Below, piece by piece: positions 37,015 through 47,819 of a stretch of DNA of 64,000 nucleotides. Location: NCBI GenBank assembly GCA_037130175.1, contig JBAXTN010000007.1, positions 15,946 to 79,945 of the forward strand, written 5' to 3'. Position 1 is the stretch's first letter. The number at the start of each line of letters is the position of its first letter. Source of the DNA: a bacterium (GTDB lineage Bacteria > Verrucomicrobiota > Verrucomicrobiia > Chthoniobacterales > UBA6821). The notes beneath the pieces are model-generated. The model made no database searches and was not told the DNA's origin. It saw nothing but the letters and a program-made list of their open reading frames with translations. Made by a program: the position numbers and the translations under genes.

Positions 37015-37959
37015 ATGCTGCTGGCCTATTACATTCACGACCTAAGCCCTTATGCGATTCATTTTGGGGGAGGAATAGGCATTCGTTGGTACGGATTGGC
37101 CTATCTTGCCGGATTTGTGATCGGCATTCTTCTCTATCGTCGTCTCGCTGACAGGGGATATTCAGAGTTGCAACCCAGCCAAGTGGCCGACTTCATCACG
37201 ATGGCGGCACTTTTTGGGGTTCTGTTGGGAGGTCGGCTGGGATATATGCTGTTTTACGATTCGGCGCGATTTTTTCATAATCCCCTAATTGTTTTCCAAG
37301 TCTGGGACGGGGGAATGGCAAGTCACGGCGGCATTATTGGACTGACCCTGTTTACTCTCTGGTATGCACACCGTCACAAGGTTTCTTTCCTGAACCTCTC
37401 GGATAATCTCGTTGTGGTCGGTCCTGTGGGGGTGTTTTTTGGGCGTTGCGCCAACTTCATCAATGGAGAACTCTACGGGAGGGTGACGGATGTGTCATGG
37501 GCCGTTCAGTTCCCCAAGGAGATTCTCTTCTACCCTCCCGACCGCCTGCAACGCCTAATGGACAAGGCTGCGGAGATAGATCCTGCCCTCTTGACACCTG
37601 AGTTGATCATTCAGAAGGCTGGGTATTCTGCTCCCCTGAGAAGTTATCTCTCCGCGGAACTTGCCCCCCGCTATCCCTCCCAGCTCGTGGAAGCACTTCT
37701 TGAGGGAATGGTGCTTTTTCTACTCCTCTGGACGCTGCGAACAAGGGTGAGACTTCCTGATGGGGCGCTGACAGGGGTCTTTTTCATTGCTTATGCTCTT
37801 TTGCGCATCAGTGGAGAATGTTTCCGTGAACCTGATGCTCCCATGACTTCCGGTTTGACCAGAGGGCAATTTCTTTCTCTCTTCATGATTGCTGTGGGAT
37901 TTGTTTTTCTCCTCTGGAGCTGGCTTAAGCCCCGTTATCCGAATGCTTGGAACCGATGA
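37015..37959 (+). CDS. lgt: Prolipoprotein diacylglyceryl transferase
   Basis: 314 aa with IRWYGLAYLAGF, GGRLGY, WDGGMASHGG and FGRCANFINGELYG. Confidence 0.93.
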   Translation: MLLAYYIHDLSPYAIHFGGGIGIRWYGLAYLAGFVIGILLYRRLADRGYSELQPSQVADFITMAALFGVLLGGRLGYMLFYDSARFFHNPLIVFQVWDGGMASHGGIIGLTLFTLWYAHRHKVSFLNLSDNLVVVGPVGVFFGRCANFINGELYGRVTDVSWAVQFPKEILFYPPDRLQRLMDKAAEIDPALLTPELIIQKAGYSAPLRSYLSAELAPRYPSQLVEALLEGMVLFLLLWTLRTRVRLPDGALTGVFFIAYALLRISGECFREPDAPMTSGLTRGQFLSLFMIAVGFVFLLWSWLKPRYPNAWNR

Positions 37960-39242
37960 TTCCCATAACACTCTCTGATTCGAATCACCTCCTTCGTGCA
38001 CTGCTTGTCAGCGGATCATTGGGGGCGCTTATTGGGTTGGAGCGCCAATGGGACGAACAGTCCCGTCATGACGACACTCATGTGTTGGCAGGGTTAAGAA
38101 CTTTTACCCTATGGGCACTCTTCGGGGTACTCTGCGCCTGGTTTTCCCAGACAGTGCATGTGCTTTTCTTTATCGCTGGATTTGCCGCCATGGTGCTCTG
38201 GATCACGATCTTTCTACAGCGGGGAGGAAGGGGTGGATCCGACCCAGGATTCACCACCGGAGCTGCAGCGATGCTGACCTTTCTGATAGGCGGTCTGGTA
38301 TTTTGGCAGCAGGAGAGAGTGGCCCTAGTACTTGCGGTCAGTATCATGCTTTTGCTGGCCCTCAAGCCCACACTTCATCGTTTTACCAGAGGGATTACAA
38401 CGGAGGATGCCCGTTCCGCGATGAAATTTGCGGCTGTCAGCGGGGTGGTTCTTCCTTTGGTTCCAAATGAGTCCCTCGGGCCTTACGGGGCTTTCAATCC
38501 CCATACCGTTTGGTTGATGGTGGTTTTGGTAAGTGGAGTCGGCTTTGCAGGATATCTCGCGGTAAGGGGCCTGGGACAACAGATTGGTATTGCCGTGACG
38601 GGTTTGCTCGGAGGACTGGTTTCAAGTGTCGCCACAACATTGACCATGAGCAGACAAAGCCGGGAACGCCCGGCAGAATCCCGCGACTGCTCCCTGGCTA
38701 TCCTGCTTGCCTGCACCGTCATGATAGGGCGTGTTGGTTTGTTAGTTGGAATTGTCAGTCCGAAGGTTTTGACCGTACTTTGGCCATCGCTTGTTGTCGT
38801 CAGTCTGCCCGGAGCTCTCTGGTGTTGCTGGCGCATGATCCACGGAGGATCGGCCAGTGCCTCCGGGGCGTGCACACCCGTGGGTAATCCCCTAAGGCTT
38901 CGAGTGGCCCTTCAGTTCGGCGCGCTTTATGCGGCGATCGTTTTCTTGGTGAAGGCCACGATCGCTGCAGAAGGAAATGCCGGAGTCCTTGTGGTGAGCG
39001 GACTTTCAGGTCTTATCGATCTTGATGCCATCACACTCTCCCTATCCCAAATGTTTAGAGCGAGTACACTCAGCTCAACGATCGCATCACAAGGCATCCT
39101 ACTTGCAATTCTTGCCAACACGATCATCAAGGCCGGAATGGCCGCAATTTTTGGTGCCCCGGCGTTGCGTTTGGAGGTGCTCTGCGTTCTCGGTATCACA
39201 TCGATCACGGTCATCGGGGCGTGCCGAATCTTTTTTCACTGA
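37947..39242 (+). CDS. MgtC/SapB-family N-terminal domain plus DUF4010 membrane protein
   Basis: 431 aa and polytopic, with GALIGLERQW at the N-terminus. It overlaps the lgt end by 13 nt. Confidence 0.82.
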   Translation: MEPMIPITLSDSNHLLRALLVSGSLGALIGLERQWDEQSRHDDTHVLAGLRTFTLWALFGVLCAWFSQTVHVLFFIAGFAAMVLWITIFLQRGGRGGSDPGFTTGAAAMLTFLIGGLVFWQQERVALVLAVSIMLLLALKPTLHRFTRGITTEDARSAMKFAAVSGVVLPLVPNESLGPYGAFNPHTVWLMVVLVSGVGFAGYLAVRGLGQQIGIAVTGLLGGLVSSVATTLTMSRQSRERPAESRDCSLAILLACTVMIGRVGLLVGIVSPKVLTVLWPSLVVVSLPGALWCCWRMIHGGSASASGACTPVGNPLRLRVALQFGALYAAIVFLVKATIAAEGNAGVLVVSGLSGLIDLDAITLSLSQMFRASTLSSTIASQGILLAILANTIIKAGMAAIFGAPALRLEVLCVLGITSITVIGACRIFFH

Positions 39243-39328
39243 TCCCCTCCTTCTCAAACAACTCCGCCAGCACACCTCCAAACCACACAAGGCCCTTTTG
39301 ATTTAGCGTTCTGGAAGCCGTTTTGCTA

Positions 39329-41563
39329 CTAGCCTTCCATGAGAGAAGGAATGGCTGACTCAAAGTGATTGTTCAACTCTGTGACTGACCATTGATAGGT
39401 CGAGTCTCCTGTGGTGATGCCAAGAACGGGTTGCTGTGTGACGGTGCCCAATTGTTGGAAAGGAATACCGCTTTGAGCCAGTGCAGCTTCGACGGACACA
39501 ACATGGCAAGGCTTTACTGAAATCACGATTCTCCCCTGTGTCTCATTGAACAGGAGCACATCGGGACGATCTGTCGAGGCGATCTTGACGGAAGCTCCGA
39601 GCAAATTACCAAAACAGCATTCTGCAAGTGTTACTGCTAGCCCCCCCTCCGCACAATCATGGGCACTACGGACAAACCCTTTGTGAATGAGTGAGAGGAG
39701 CACCTGATGAGTCTTTCTCTCCTCTGCAAAGTCAAGTGCCGGTGGCGCGCCTTCCTTGCGGCCATGAATGGCAAGAAGGTAGTGAGATCCGCCGAGTTCA
39801 TCGCCGATTTTGCCGAGCAGGAAGAGGATGTCACCTGCTTCCTTGAAGCTCTGTGTCGTGATGTGGGCCACATCATCAATGCGGCCTACCATCGAGATGG
39901 TGGGAGTCGGATCAATGGCACCGGCTGGACTCTCATTATAAAGGCTGACATTTCCGCCAGTGACCGGAACATCAAAGGCACGGCATCCTTCGGAGATACC
40001 CTCCACGGCTGCACGGAGCTGGTGGAAATTCTCCGGTTTGTGAGGATTTCCAAAGTTAAGGTTGTCTGTGACTCCTATTGGCACGGCTCCGGAGCTGGCA
40101 AGATTGCGGGCAGCCTCAGCCACGGCGATACGGGCACCCTGGTTCGGATCGAGACGGCAATAGATCGCATTGCAGTCGGTAGAGGCCGCCAGAATTTTAT
40201 TGGCTTCGCGGACAATGAAGACGGCAGCGTCAGAGCCCGGGAGAACTGCTGTCCCCGTGCGTACCATGTGATCGTATTGCCGCCAGACCCAGCGCTTGCT
40301 GGCAATGCTGGGATGGGCAAGCAGGATGGGAAGTGTCTCCAGCGGGGGAAACTGCGGCACAGTGGAGAGATCGAGCGGAGGGGGTGGTGTGAAGGGAGCG
40401 GCCTCGCGGTAATAGAGAGGGCCATCATCGGCCAAAGCACGAGCCGGGACATTGACCACGACTTCACTGCCATTGAGGACGCGCATCATGCCATCGTCCG
40501 TCACCGTACCGATCTCGGCATAGGGGAGATCCCACTTCTCGAAGATTCGCTTCACAACATCCTCCTGCCCCTTGTTGACGATGACCAGCATCCTCTCCTG
40601 GGACTCGCTCAGGAGAACTTCGTAAGGGGTCTGCCCTTTGGCTCGCTGAGGCACAAGCTCAATGTCGATCTCAACCCCTGTACCACCACGACTCGCGGTT
40701 TCGCAAGTCGAACAGGTGAGTCCGGCTGCGCCCATGTCTTGAATGCCGGCCACGGCATCGGTGGCGAGGAGTTCGAGACAGGCTTCGAGCAACAGTTTCT
40801 CCCTAAAGGGATCACCAACTTGAACAGCAGGTCGGTCGGCCTTGGATTCCTCCGTCAGTTCCCGTGAAGCAAAAGCGGCACCGGCGAGACCATCGCGGCC
40901 AGTCTCCGCACCGACATAGAAGACGGGATTCCCAACGCCTTTGGCCGCACCCCGTGCAATTTGTTCGTGTCGGAGAATGCCAAGGCAAAAGGCATTCACA
41001 AGCGGATTGCCGTTATAGCTGTCATCGAAATAGACCTCGCCGGCTATTGTGGGAAGTCCGATACAGTTACCGTAATGGGCAATCCCTGCGACAACTCCGG
41101 CAAAGAGACGGCGATTGGTTCGGGCCTGCTCACTCTCCCCCTTGATTGAGCCGAAGCGGAGTGAATCCATGAGAAAGACCGGACGGGCTCCCATGGTGAA
41201 AATATCACGGATGATACCGCCTACGCCCGTGGCTGCTCCCTGAAACGGTTCGACAGCACTGGGATGATTGTGGCTTTCAATTTTGAAGGCGACAGCCCAG
41301 CCGTCGCCGATGTCGATGACTCCGGCATTCTCCTCACCCGCTTTGACCAGCACGCTCGGACCGGTGGTCGGAAATTTGCGAAGCTCTGGCCGGGAATTTT
41401 TATAAGAGCAATGCTCACTCCACATGACGGAGAAGACACCCAGTTCCTCAAAGCTCGGTTCGCGTCCCAAAATGGTGAGTATCTTCGCATACTCCTCCTG
41501 GCTGAGACCATGCTTGGCAATGAGTTCGGGAGTGATCGCGGGATTGGCGGGTTGTGTGGCCAT
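39329..41563 (-). CDS. purL: Phosphoribosylformylglycinamidine synthase subunit PurL
   Basis: Trimmed to ATG 41563 ([20 protein letters not shown]). It has a typical small-PurL sequence ([23 protein letters not shown]). Confidence 0.96.
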   Translation of the reverse strand: MATQPANPAITPELIAKHGLSQEEYAKILTILGREPSFEELGVFSVMWSEHCSYKNSRPELRKFPTTGPSVLVKAGEENAGVIDIGDGWAVAFKIESHNHPSAVEPFQGAATGVGGIIRDIFTMGARPVFLMDSLRFGSIKGESEQARTNRRLFAGVVAGIAHYGNCIGLPTIAGEVYFDDSYNGNPLVNAFCLGILRHEQIARGAAKGVGNPVFYVGAETGRDGLAGAAFASRELTEESKADRPAVQVGDPFREKLLLEACLELLATDAVAGIQDMGAAGLTCSTCETASRGGTGVEIDIELVPQRAKGQTPYEVLLSESQERMLVIVNKGQEDVVKRIFEKWDLPYAEIGTVTDDGMMRVLNGSEVVVNVPARALADDGPLYYREAAPFTPPPPLDLSTVPQFPPLETLPILLAHPSIASKRWVWRQYDHMVRTGTAVLPGSDAAVFIVREANKILAASTDCNAIYCRLDPNQGARIAVAEAARNLASSGAVPIGVTDNLNFGNPHKPENFHQLRAAVEGISEGCRAFDVPVTGGNVSLYNESPAGAIDPTPTISMVGRIDDVAHITTQSFKEAGDILFLLGKIGDELGGSHYLLAIHGRKEGAPPALDFAEERKTHQVLLSLIHKGFVRSAHDCAEGGLAVTLAECCFGNLLGASVKIASTDRPDVLLFNETQGRIVISVKPCHVVSVEAALAQSGIPFQQLGTVTQQPVLGITTGDSTYQWSVTELNNHFESAIPSLMEG

Positions 41564-41614
41564 GTGAGATAAGTATTCGGATTGAATCAATCAGGCTGAG
41601 GGAAAATACGAAAT

Positions 41615-42331
41615 TCAGGCGCGTTTTCCTTGTGAGAATGTATCGATCACCGATTGGAAGATAGCGCGACCGTCTGTGCCTCCAAGAAGCGCGTCGCAAG
41701 CGCGTTCGGGGTGGGGCATCAAGCCGAAAACATTGCGTCCATGGCTGCAAATACCGGCTATGTTTTCCAGCGATCCATTCGGATTTACCGAGTCAGAGAC
41801 AGTCCCTGCGGCATCGGCATAAAGGAGAATGATCTGATTATTGGCATTCAACTCAGCCAGCGTCTTCGGATCGGCAAAGTAGGATCCCTCGCCGTGGGCG
41901 ATGGGAAAATTGACTACGGAGCCAAGCGTGAGATTCGATGTGAACGGGGTCTGGTTATTCTCCACCCGCAGATGCTGATGCTCGCATCGGAAGAGCAGTC
42001 CACGGTTGCGCATGAGTGTGCCGGGAAGAAGTCCCGCCTCGCAAAGTATTTGAAAACCGTTGCAGATTCCGAGCACGAGGACACCAGTGGATGCAGCATG
42101 CCTCACGGCACCCATAATGGGTGAGAATCGCGCGATGGAACCGCATCGCAGATAATCACCGTAGGAAAAACCGCCCGGCAGCACGATCAGATCGTAGCCT
42201 TCAAGCGAAGTGTCCTTGTGCCATACGATCTCCGCTTCAATCTCTGGAAATGAAGCCAAGGCAGCCTTACAGTCCGTGTCACAATTGGAACCTGGAAACT
42301 GGATGACCGCGCAGCGGATGATGGTAGGCAT
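41615..42331 (-). CDS. purQ: Phosphoribosylformylglycinamidine synthase subunit PurQ (glutaminase)
   Basis: Trimmed to ATG 42331 (MPTIIRCAVIQFPGSNCD), with GICNGFQ and MPHPER. Confidence 0.95.
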   Translation of the reverse strand: MPTIIRCAVIQFPGSNCDTDCKAALASFPEIEAEIVWHKDTSLEGYDLIVLPGGFSYGDYLRCGSIARFSPIMGAVRHAASTGVLVLGICNGFQILCEAGLLPGTLMRNRGLLFRCEHQHLRVENNQTPFTSNLTLGSVVNFPIAHGEGSYFADPKTLAELNANNQIILLYADAAGTVSDSVNPNGSLENIAGICSHGRNVFGLMPHPERACDALLGGTDGRAIFQSVIDTFSQGKRA

Positions 42332-42335
42332 CGCT

Positions 42336-42566
42336 CTAGGGGAGAATCGTGAGCTTGTAATCCTCCACCACGGGATTGGAGAGTAGATCGTGGGCGATTT
42401 CATGGAGCTGCTTTTCATCCGCCCCGTCGGCCTCAATTTCGATCGATTTGCCAATACGGACGGAACGGACCCCTTTGAGTCCCAGATGTTCCATGGCTAG
42501 GCCAGTGGCTACTCCTGCTGGATCGAGAATGGCGGGTTTTGGCATGACGGTGACAACAGCTTTCAT
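42336..42566 (-). CDS. purS: Phosphoribosylformylglycinamidine synthase subunit PurS
   Basis: 76 aa beginning MKAVVTVMPKPAILDPAG, directly upstream of purQ. Confidence 0.92.
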   Translation of the reverse strand: MKAVVTVMPKPAILDPAGVATGLAMEHLGLKGVRSVRIGKSIEIEADGADEKQLHEIAHDLLSNPVVEDYKLTILP

Positions 42567-42717
42567 AAAAAGGTTAAAAATCGGGCGTTAGGATGAAATG
42601 GACAAGGGGAAAATGCGAATTATGAATGATGCGGGATAAAAAATCCTGACCAGATACTCACAGCATGAGTGACCTGTGTCTTGCGCCTAAACTGTTACCT
42701 ATCTCATGACCCACATC

Positions 42718-42759
42718 TTTTCAGCTTTCAAGTTTCAGGTTTCATCATTCATCCTTTCT
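42718..42759 (+). repeat. Six imperfect tandem heptads (NTTTCAN) abutting the M42 peptidase start codon
   Basis: Read directly: ttttcag ctttcaa gtttcag gtttcat cattcat cctttct, ending 3 nt before ATG 42762. Confidence 0.6.
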
Positions 42760-42761
42760 GC

Positions 42762-43847
42762 ATGAAATCCGCATCCGCTCCCTACCACTTTCTCAAGACC
42801 CTCCTCAACACCCCGTCTCCATCAGGCTTTGAAACCAGAGGGCAGAAAGTCTGGGTCGATTATGTCAGACAGTTTGCCGATTCCGTTGAGATCGATGCCT
42901 ATGGTAATGCGTTTGCAACGCTCAATCCTGCAACAGGAGAGGGGGATCCGACGATTCTCATTAGTGGTCATGTCGATGAACTCGGCCTGATGATCTCCCA
43001 CATTTCCGATGAGGGATTTCTTTATTTCAAGGGGATCGGAGGTGTGGATCGCACCCTCATTCGCGGCCAGCGCATGACTGTTCATGGAGCCAAGGGAGCG
43101 GTTCCCGGTGTGACCGGACTCCTTGCCATTCACATGCAGGAACCCGATGACCGCAACAAGGTTCCTGAAATTCACACGATGCACATCGATATTGGTGTCT
43201 CCTCACGCAAGGAGGCAGAGAAGTTTGTCTCGATCGGTGATCCGGTAACCTACGCGGCGGAGTTTCAGGAATTGCAGGGTGGACGCTTTGCCGCACGGGG
43301 CTGTGATAATAGGATCGGAGCATGGACTGCTGCCGAGGGACTGCGTCTTGCCTCATTAAACAAAAAGACCCTCAATTCAAAGCTCGTCGCTGTCTCCACG
43401 ATTCAAGAGGAGAACGGTCTCTACGGAGCCACGATGGTGGGCTACAGCGTTCATCCCGATGTTGCCCTGGTCGTCGATGTGACTCATGCAACCGATATTC
43501 CCAACTGCTCCAAGCCTAATCATGGTGAAGTGGGCATGGGCAAGGGGCCCGTCCTCAGCCTTGGCAGCGTCAATCATCCCGTGGTCAACGCACGCCTGCG
43601 CGAAGTAGGCGGAAAAGCGAAGATACCACTTCAGACCGAGGCCAACCCGAGATGGTCCGGAACGGATGCCGATACGATTTTCAAACAGAAAGGTGGCATC
43701 CCGACAGTATCCATAGGAGTTCCTAACCGCTACATGCACTCTCCTGTGGAGATGATTCAATATTCTGATTTGGAGCAAACGGCCGAGTTGCTGGCCGCCT
43801 TTGCTCTGAGCGCAAAGAAAGGTGAACGCTTTGGCGTAAAATTGTAG
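42762..43847 (+). CDS. M42-family metallopeptidase (FrvX/glutamyl aminopeptidase-like)
   Basis: Trimmed to ATG 42762 (MKSASAPYHFLKTLLNTPSPSGFE), with SGHVDELG, DNRIG and EENGLYGA. Confidence 0.9.
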   Translation: MKSASAPYHFLKTLLNTPSPSGFETRGQKVWVDYVRQFADSVEIDAYGNAFATLNPATGEGDPTILISGHVDELGLMISHISDEGFLYFKGIGGVDRTLIRGQRMTVHGAKGAVPGVTGLLAIHMQEPDDRNKVPEIHTMHIDIGVSSRKEAEKFVSIGDPVTYAAEFQELQGGRFAARGCDNRIGAWTAAEGLRLASLNKKTLNSKLVAVSTIQEENGLYGATMVGYSVHPDVALVVDVTHATDIPNCSKPNHGEVGMGKGPVLSLGSVNHPVVNARLREVGGKAKIPLQTEANPRWSGTDADTIFKQKGGIPTVSIGVPNRYMHSPVEMIQYSDLEQTAELLAAFALSAKKGERFGVKL

Positions 43848-43896
43848 AGGCGTCTTTTTTCTTTGCCTCCTCGAGGCATCTGTCTAAAGAGCGGGT

Positions 43897-45132
43897 GTGA
43901 TTTCTCCCCTTACCCCCACTATTCAGAACAAAGGCTGGCGCGTTGCGCTGGCTGGACTCGGCATCAACCTCGCCCTTGGGGTGCTCTACACATGGAGCCT
44001 GTTTAAAGGGGCGATTGAAAAGGACTTCGGATGGAAGGGCTCGCAGCTCAATGATCCCTACGCACTCTGCTGTCTCGTCTTTGCCTTCACGATGATCCTT
44101 GCCGGTCGTTGTCAGGATAAACTTGGCCCCCGTCTGACGGCAACCATAGGCGGTTTGCTGGTTGGTGCGGGGATGGTGATCATTTCCACGACGAACAGCT
44201 ATACCGTGTGGGTGTTGGGCTTCGGAGTGCTCGTCGGCGCAGGTATCGGCTTCGGATATTCCTCCGCGACTCCTCCAGCCCTCAAGTGGTTTCCTCCGTC
44301 CAAGACCGGACTCATTGCAGGACTGGTGGTGGCGGGATTTGGGCTTGCGCCCGTCTATCTTGCACCTACCTCGGATTTCCTACTTAGAAATTTCGGCCTT
44401 CTCAAGGCGATGCTGATCTTCGGGATGGCATTTGCGGTGATTGTCTGCGGACTCGCGCAACTTCTGTTGAATCCTCCCGCCGGCTACTCCGCCGCTTCTC
44501 CGGCAACAACCGACGGTTCCAAGGTCGCTGAAGCACCAAACCTCTCCCCGAGAGAGATCCTGTGTACGCCGTCGTTCTGGCTGTTGTGGGTGCTTTATTT
44601 CATCGGTGCGGGTGCCGGACTCATGGTGATCAGCAGCATCAGTGGGATGGCCAAGAAAACAATGGGTGACTCGGCTTTTATCGCAGTGGCGGTCATGGCC
44701 GTTGGCAATGCCGCGGGCCGCATTGCGGCGGGACAGCTTTCGGACAAGATCGGACGGCAGTGGACCTTGATGCTTGTGCTACTGATTCAGGCTGCATTGA
44801 TGTTCCTGGCAATTCCCGTGACTACTTCGCTTCACGGCGCGCAGTTTGTGATCGTTTTGGTGGCCACCCTGATAGGATTTAATTACGGGGCAAACCTGTC
44901 GCTCTTTCCCTCCTTCACTAAGGATCTCTGGGGGCTGAAAAACTTTGGGGTGAATTACGGATGCCTCTTCACGGCGTGGGGTGTGGGAGGATTTGTTCTC
45001 AGCCGTCTTCAACAGATGCTCAAAGCCGCAAGCGGTTCTTTCACTTCCAGCTTCGTCACGGCGGGAATACTGCTGCTCATCGGAGCAGGCCTGACTCTTC
45101 TGTTGAAATCCCCGCGTTCGGCGGATTCCTGA
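43897..45132 (+). CDS. MFS transporter, oxalate/formate antiporter (OFA)-like
   Basis: 411 aa with a GTG start and about 12 TM segments. The N-terminal WRVALAGLGINLALGVLYTWS is typical of the OFA family. Confidence 0.86.
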   Translation: MISPLTPTIQNKGWRVALAGLGINLALGVLYTWSLFKGAIEKDFGWKGSQLNDPYALCCLVFAFTMILAGRCQDKLGPRLTATIGGLLVGAGMVIISTTNSYTVWVLGFGVLVGAGIGFGYSSATPPALKWFPPSKTGLIAGLVVAGFGLAPVYLAPTSDFLLRNFGLLKAMLIFGMAFAVIVCGLAQLLLNPPAGYSAASPATTDGSKVAEAPNLSPREILCTPSFWLLWVLYFIGAGAGLMVISSISGMAKKTMGDSAFIAVAVMAVGNAAGRIAAGQLSDKIGRQWTLMLVLLIQAALMFLAIPVTTSLHGAQFVIVLVATLIGFNYGANLSLFPSFTKDLWGLKNFGVNYGCLFTAWGVGGFVLSRLQQMLKAASGSFTSSFVTAGILLLIGAGLTLLLKSPRSADS

Positions 45133-45142
45133 TCAATCGATT

Positions 45143-46726
45143 TCAGCCAGGGTTTGCTCCGAGCGACAGAGGGGTTTCTTTTTCTTTTGTCGCGCGGGGA
45201 CGATACGCAATTCTCGCGTGATGCATGCTTGCAAGGCATGAAACCAGCGTTGTTGCGATATCCTGTAACTGGGCCATCGTGACCGGAGCCTCATCATACT
45301 GACCGTCGGTGATACGATCCTGAAGAAGATCGTGAACCAGATCATCGAGCCGTTGAAGGGTCGGGCGTTCCAGGCTGCGCGTTGCGCTCTCGGCGGCATC
45401 AGCCAGACCAAGGATGACCGCTTCAACACTCTGCGGCTTCGGCCCCGGATAACGGAAGTTTTCTTCACTGACCTTGGGGATGTCCTCTTGGCGGATCTTC
45501 ATGAGATTCCCCCCGGCACGGGCGTCTTGCTCTTGACGACAGGCTCGCTGGTAGAAAAACTCCACCAGAGTCGTTCCGTGATGCTGCTGAATCGCCTCGA
45601 TGATGCGACGGTTGAGTTTATTGCGGAGGCCAAGATCCACGCCATCCTTCACATGGGAGAGGATGATCAGGGCGCTCATCGTAGGGGTTAGATCGTCATG
45701 CGGATTCTCTCCGATTGGGATGTTCTCCACAAAATAATCCGGTTTTACCAGCTTCCCGATGTCGTGGAAGTAAGCGCTGACGCGGCAGAGGGTGGGATTG
45801 GCACCCACTTTTTCCGCACATGCCTCGGCTAGGTTCGCCATGGCAAGCGAGTGATGGTAGGTACCGGGAGCCTCCATACTCAGACGGCGCAGCAGGGGAT
45901 GATTCAAATCGGCCATTTCCAGCAGTGAAATTTCAGTGGTGATCCTGAACGCCTTTTCAAGCAGGGGAAGAGATCCGCTCACCACCACGGCAGTTATTGT
46001 TCCTGTTCCCAGCACCGCTAAACTTTGGAGTGTAATCTCCCACCAGTCTGTCTGCATAAGAAGCAACCAATTGATCGGCCCGATGACGCCTGAAAGGAGG
46101 GCTACGAACCAGAGGGCAGTTGCTGAATAAAATCCTGCCCGCAGTAGGCGGGAACGGCGGCGGACTCTCAATGTCGAAAGCACGGCCACCACCCCACCGG
46201 TGAGGGAGAGAAGCAAGGGCATTGGATCAAGCGTCTGCTGAAGAACGCTCCCCCAGAGCGAGCCGATAATGCAGGCGGAAAAACCCATTTCCGCACCAAG
46301 GAGAACCGAAAGCATAAGGGGGGCAAATGCATAGGGTAGAATCAGGGGAAGGAACTGCACCTCCAAATGTCCGGCGTGGATCTGGGACTTCACGAGTTCC
46401 CCAAACCCGACCTGAACCAACATGGTGCCCAGAAACAAGGCCAGTCGGGAGTTTCGCTTCAGGGAGGGATCACCGCTGATAATTGGCTGGGTCAGGGCAA
46501 GTGCAAGAACAAGCAGCGCATAGAGCAAATGCATCAGCGGGTCGGACTGATCACTTGCAAAGCAGAAAAAAGCAAGCACTCCAGCGGCGGCAAGCACGAT
46601 GCCGATATAGATATAAAGGCTTTCATCAAGCCCTGAAAAAACATCACCAGCAGGTGTTGCTAGACGCTTTTTTCCACAGCTCATTCCACGGGCCGCCAGA
46701 CGCTGTTTTTTTAAAAAACTAATCAT
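45143..46726 (-). CDS. 7TM-receptor-type HD/HDIG phosphohydrolase (PgpH/YqfF-like)
   Basis: 527 aa with a polytopic N-terminal half and a C-terminal HD domain (HSLAMANLAE, YFHDIGKLVKP). It follows phoH. Confidence 0.87.
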   Translation of the reverse strand: MISFLKKQRLAARGMSCGKKRLATPAGDVFSGLDESLYIYIGIVLAAAGVLAFFCFASDQSDPLMHLLYALLVLALALTQPIISGDPSLKRNSRLALFLGTMLVQVGFGELVKSQIHAGHLEVQFLPLILPYAFAPLMLSVLLGAEMGFSACIIGSLWGSVLQQTLDPMPLLLSLTGGVVAVLSTLRVRRRSRLLRAGFYSATALWFVALLSGVIGPINWLLLMQTDWWEITLQSLAVLGTGTITAVVVSGSLPLLEKAFRITTEISLLEMADLNHPLLRRLSMEAPGTYHHSLAMANLAEACAEKVGANPTLCRVSAYFHDIGKLVKPDYFVENIPIGENPHDDLTPTMSALIILSHVKDGVDLGLRNKLNRRIIEAIQQHHGTTLVEFFYQRACRQEQDARAGGNLMKIRQEDIPKVSEENFRYPGPKPQSVEAVILGLADAAESATRSLERPTLQRLDDLVHDLLQDRITDGQYDEAPVTMAQLQDIATTLVSCLASMHHARIAYRPRATKEKETPLSLGANPG

Positions 46727-46762
46727 GGAGAATAATAAATCGGTTCCTTCGCGAATTTACGC

Positions 46763-47806
46763 TTAACATTCAACCTCTCTATCGGAGCGGTGTTCCTTGT
46801 ATGCAGCAATGATCGCCCTGACCAGCGGGTGGCGGACGACATCGTGTTCTCCAAAGAGATGAAAAGCGATGTCCCCTATGTCCTTGAGGGCACTCACAGC
46901 CTCGATCAATCCGCTTGGTTTATGCTTTGGAAGATCGATCTGGGTACGATCTCCTGTGACAACGCACTTTGACCCGATGCCGATACGGGTCAGGAACATG
47001 AACATCTGTTCCGCCGTTGTGTTCTGAGCCTCGTCGAGAATAACGAAAGCCTTGTTCAGTGTCCGTCCCCTCATGTATGCAAGCGGTGCGATTTCGATCA
47101 CATTTGCATCGATGGCCCGTTGGATCTCCTCTGGTTCAAGCATGTCATGGAGTGAGTCGTAGAGAGGTCGCAGATAGGGAAGAATTTTTTCCTGTAGTTC
47201 GCCAGGCAAGAACCCCAATGCCTCTCCCGCCTCCACGGCGGGTCGCGTTAAAATAATACGGGTGACTTTTTCCGATTTGAGGGCGGCCACCGCTTCGGCA
47301 ACGGCAAGGTAGGTTTTTCCGGTGCCGGCGGGTCCGATGCCAAAAGTAATGTCATGCGCGTCGATGGCCCGCATGTAGTCCCTCTGACCTTCAGTCTTTG
47401 GGATGACGGGTGGCTTGCGGGATGAACATTGGATACGCTCCCTGAAGAGCGCTTCCAATCCCGATTCGGAGAGAGAATCTGATTTGTCCCGCGTGTATTT
47501 CTCCAGTGCGTAGAGGAACTCGGTCTCTCCAATCATCCCGCCCGCGGCGCAAATTCTACCAAGTTCGTCAAAAAGGGATCGGGATCGGTGCAGTGCGGGG
47601 GAAGTACCTTCGATCTTCAACCAGCCGTCACGGGAGGTAACACGGATATCCAATGATATTTCCATCCTTCGGAGGAGACTTTCGTCACCCGCATAGTGCT
47701 GTTGCAATGCCCTGGCATTTTCAAACTCCAGAGTGATGCACTCGCGAGCGCCGGAGACTCCGGCAGTACCGCTCATGGTTTTCGGATGATCGTGAACCGC
47801 TTTCAA
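46763..47806 (-). CDS. phoH: PhoH-family ATPase (YbeZ-like)
   Basis: 347 aa with Walker A GPAGTGKTYLA, plus ILDEAQN and TGDRTQIDL. Confidence 0.93.
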   Translation of the reverse strand: MKAVHDHPKTMSGTAGVSGARECITLEFENARALQQHYAGDESLLRRMEISLDIRVTSRDGWLKIEGTSPALHRSRSLFDELGRICAAGGMIGETEFLYALEKYTRDKSDSLSESGLEALFRERIQCSSRKPPVIPKTEGQRDYMRAIDAHDITFGIGPAGTGKTYLAVAEAVAALKSEKVTRIILTRPAVEAGEALGFLPGELQEKILPYLRPLYDSLHDMLEPEEIQRAIDANVIEIAPLAYMRGRTLNKAFVILDEAQNTTAEQMFMFLTRIGIGSKCVVTGDRTQIDLPKHKPSGLIEAVSALKDIGDIAFHLFGEHDVVRHPLVRAIIAAYKEHRSDREVEC

Positions 47807-47819
47807 TCAGGAACGGCTG

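Noticed and set aside
39707-40867. A 386-aa ORF antisense to purL. The same reasoning covers 12180..13286 opposite sdhA, 57337..58473 opposite leuC, 59217..60302 opposite icd, 61361..62107 opposite rsgA, 54035..54832 opposite the FIST gene and 28268..29104 opposite GH95-like paralog 1.
   Set aside because: All are fully nested antisense to confidently identified genes and have no family signatures. They are treated as non-coding shadow frames.
42567-42761. A purine or ZTP riboswitch upstream of purS.
   Set aside because: I looked on the minus strand for purine-riboswitch (UAUAAUCGCGUGGAUAUGGCACGCAAGUUUCUACCGGGCACCGUAAAUGUCCGACUAUG-like) and ZTP (CCGCCUGGGC pseudoknot) signatures and found none.
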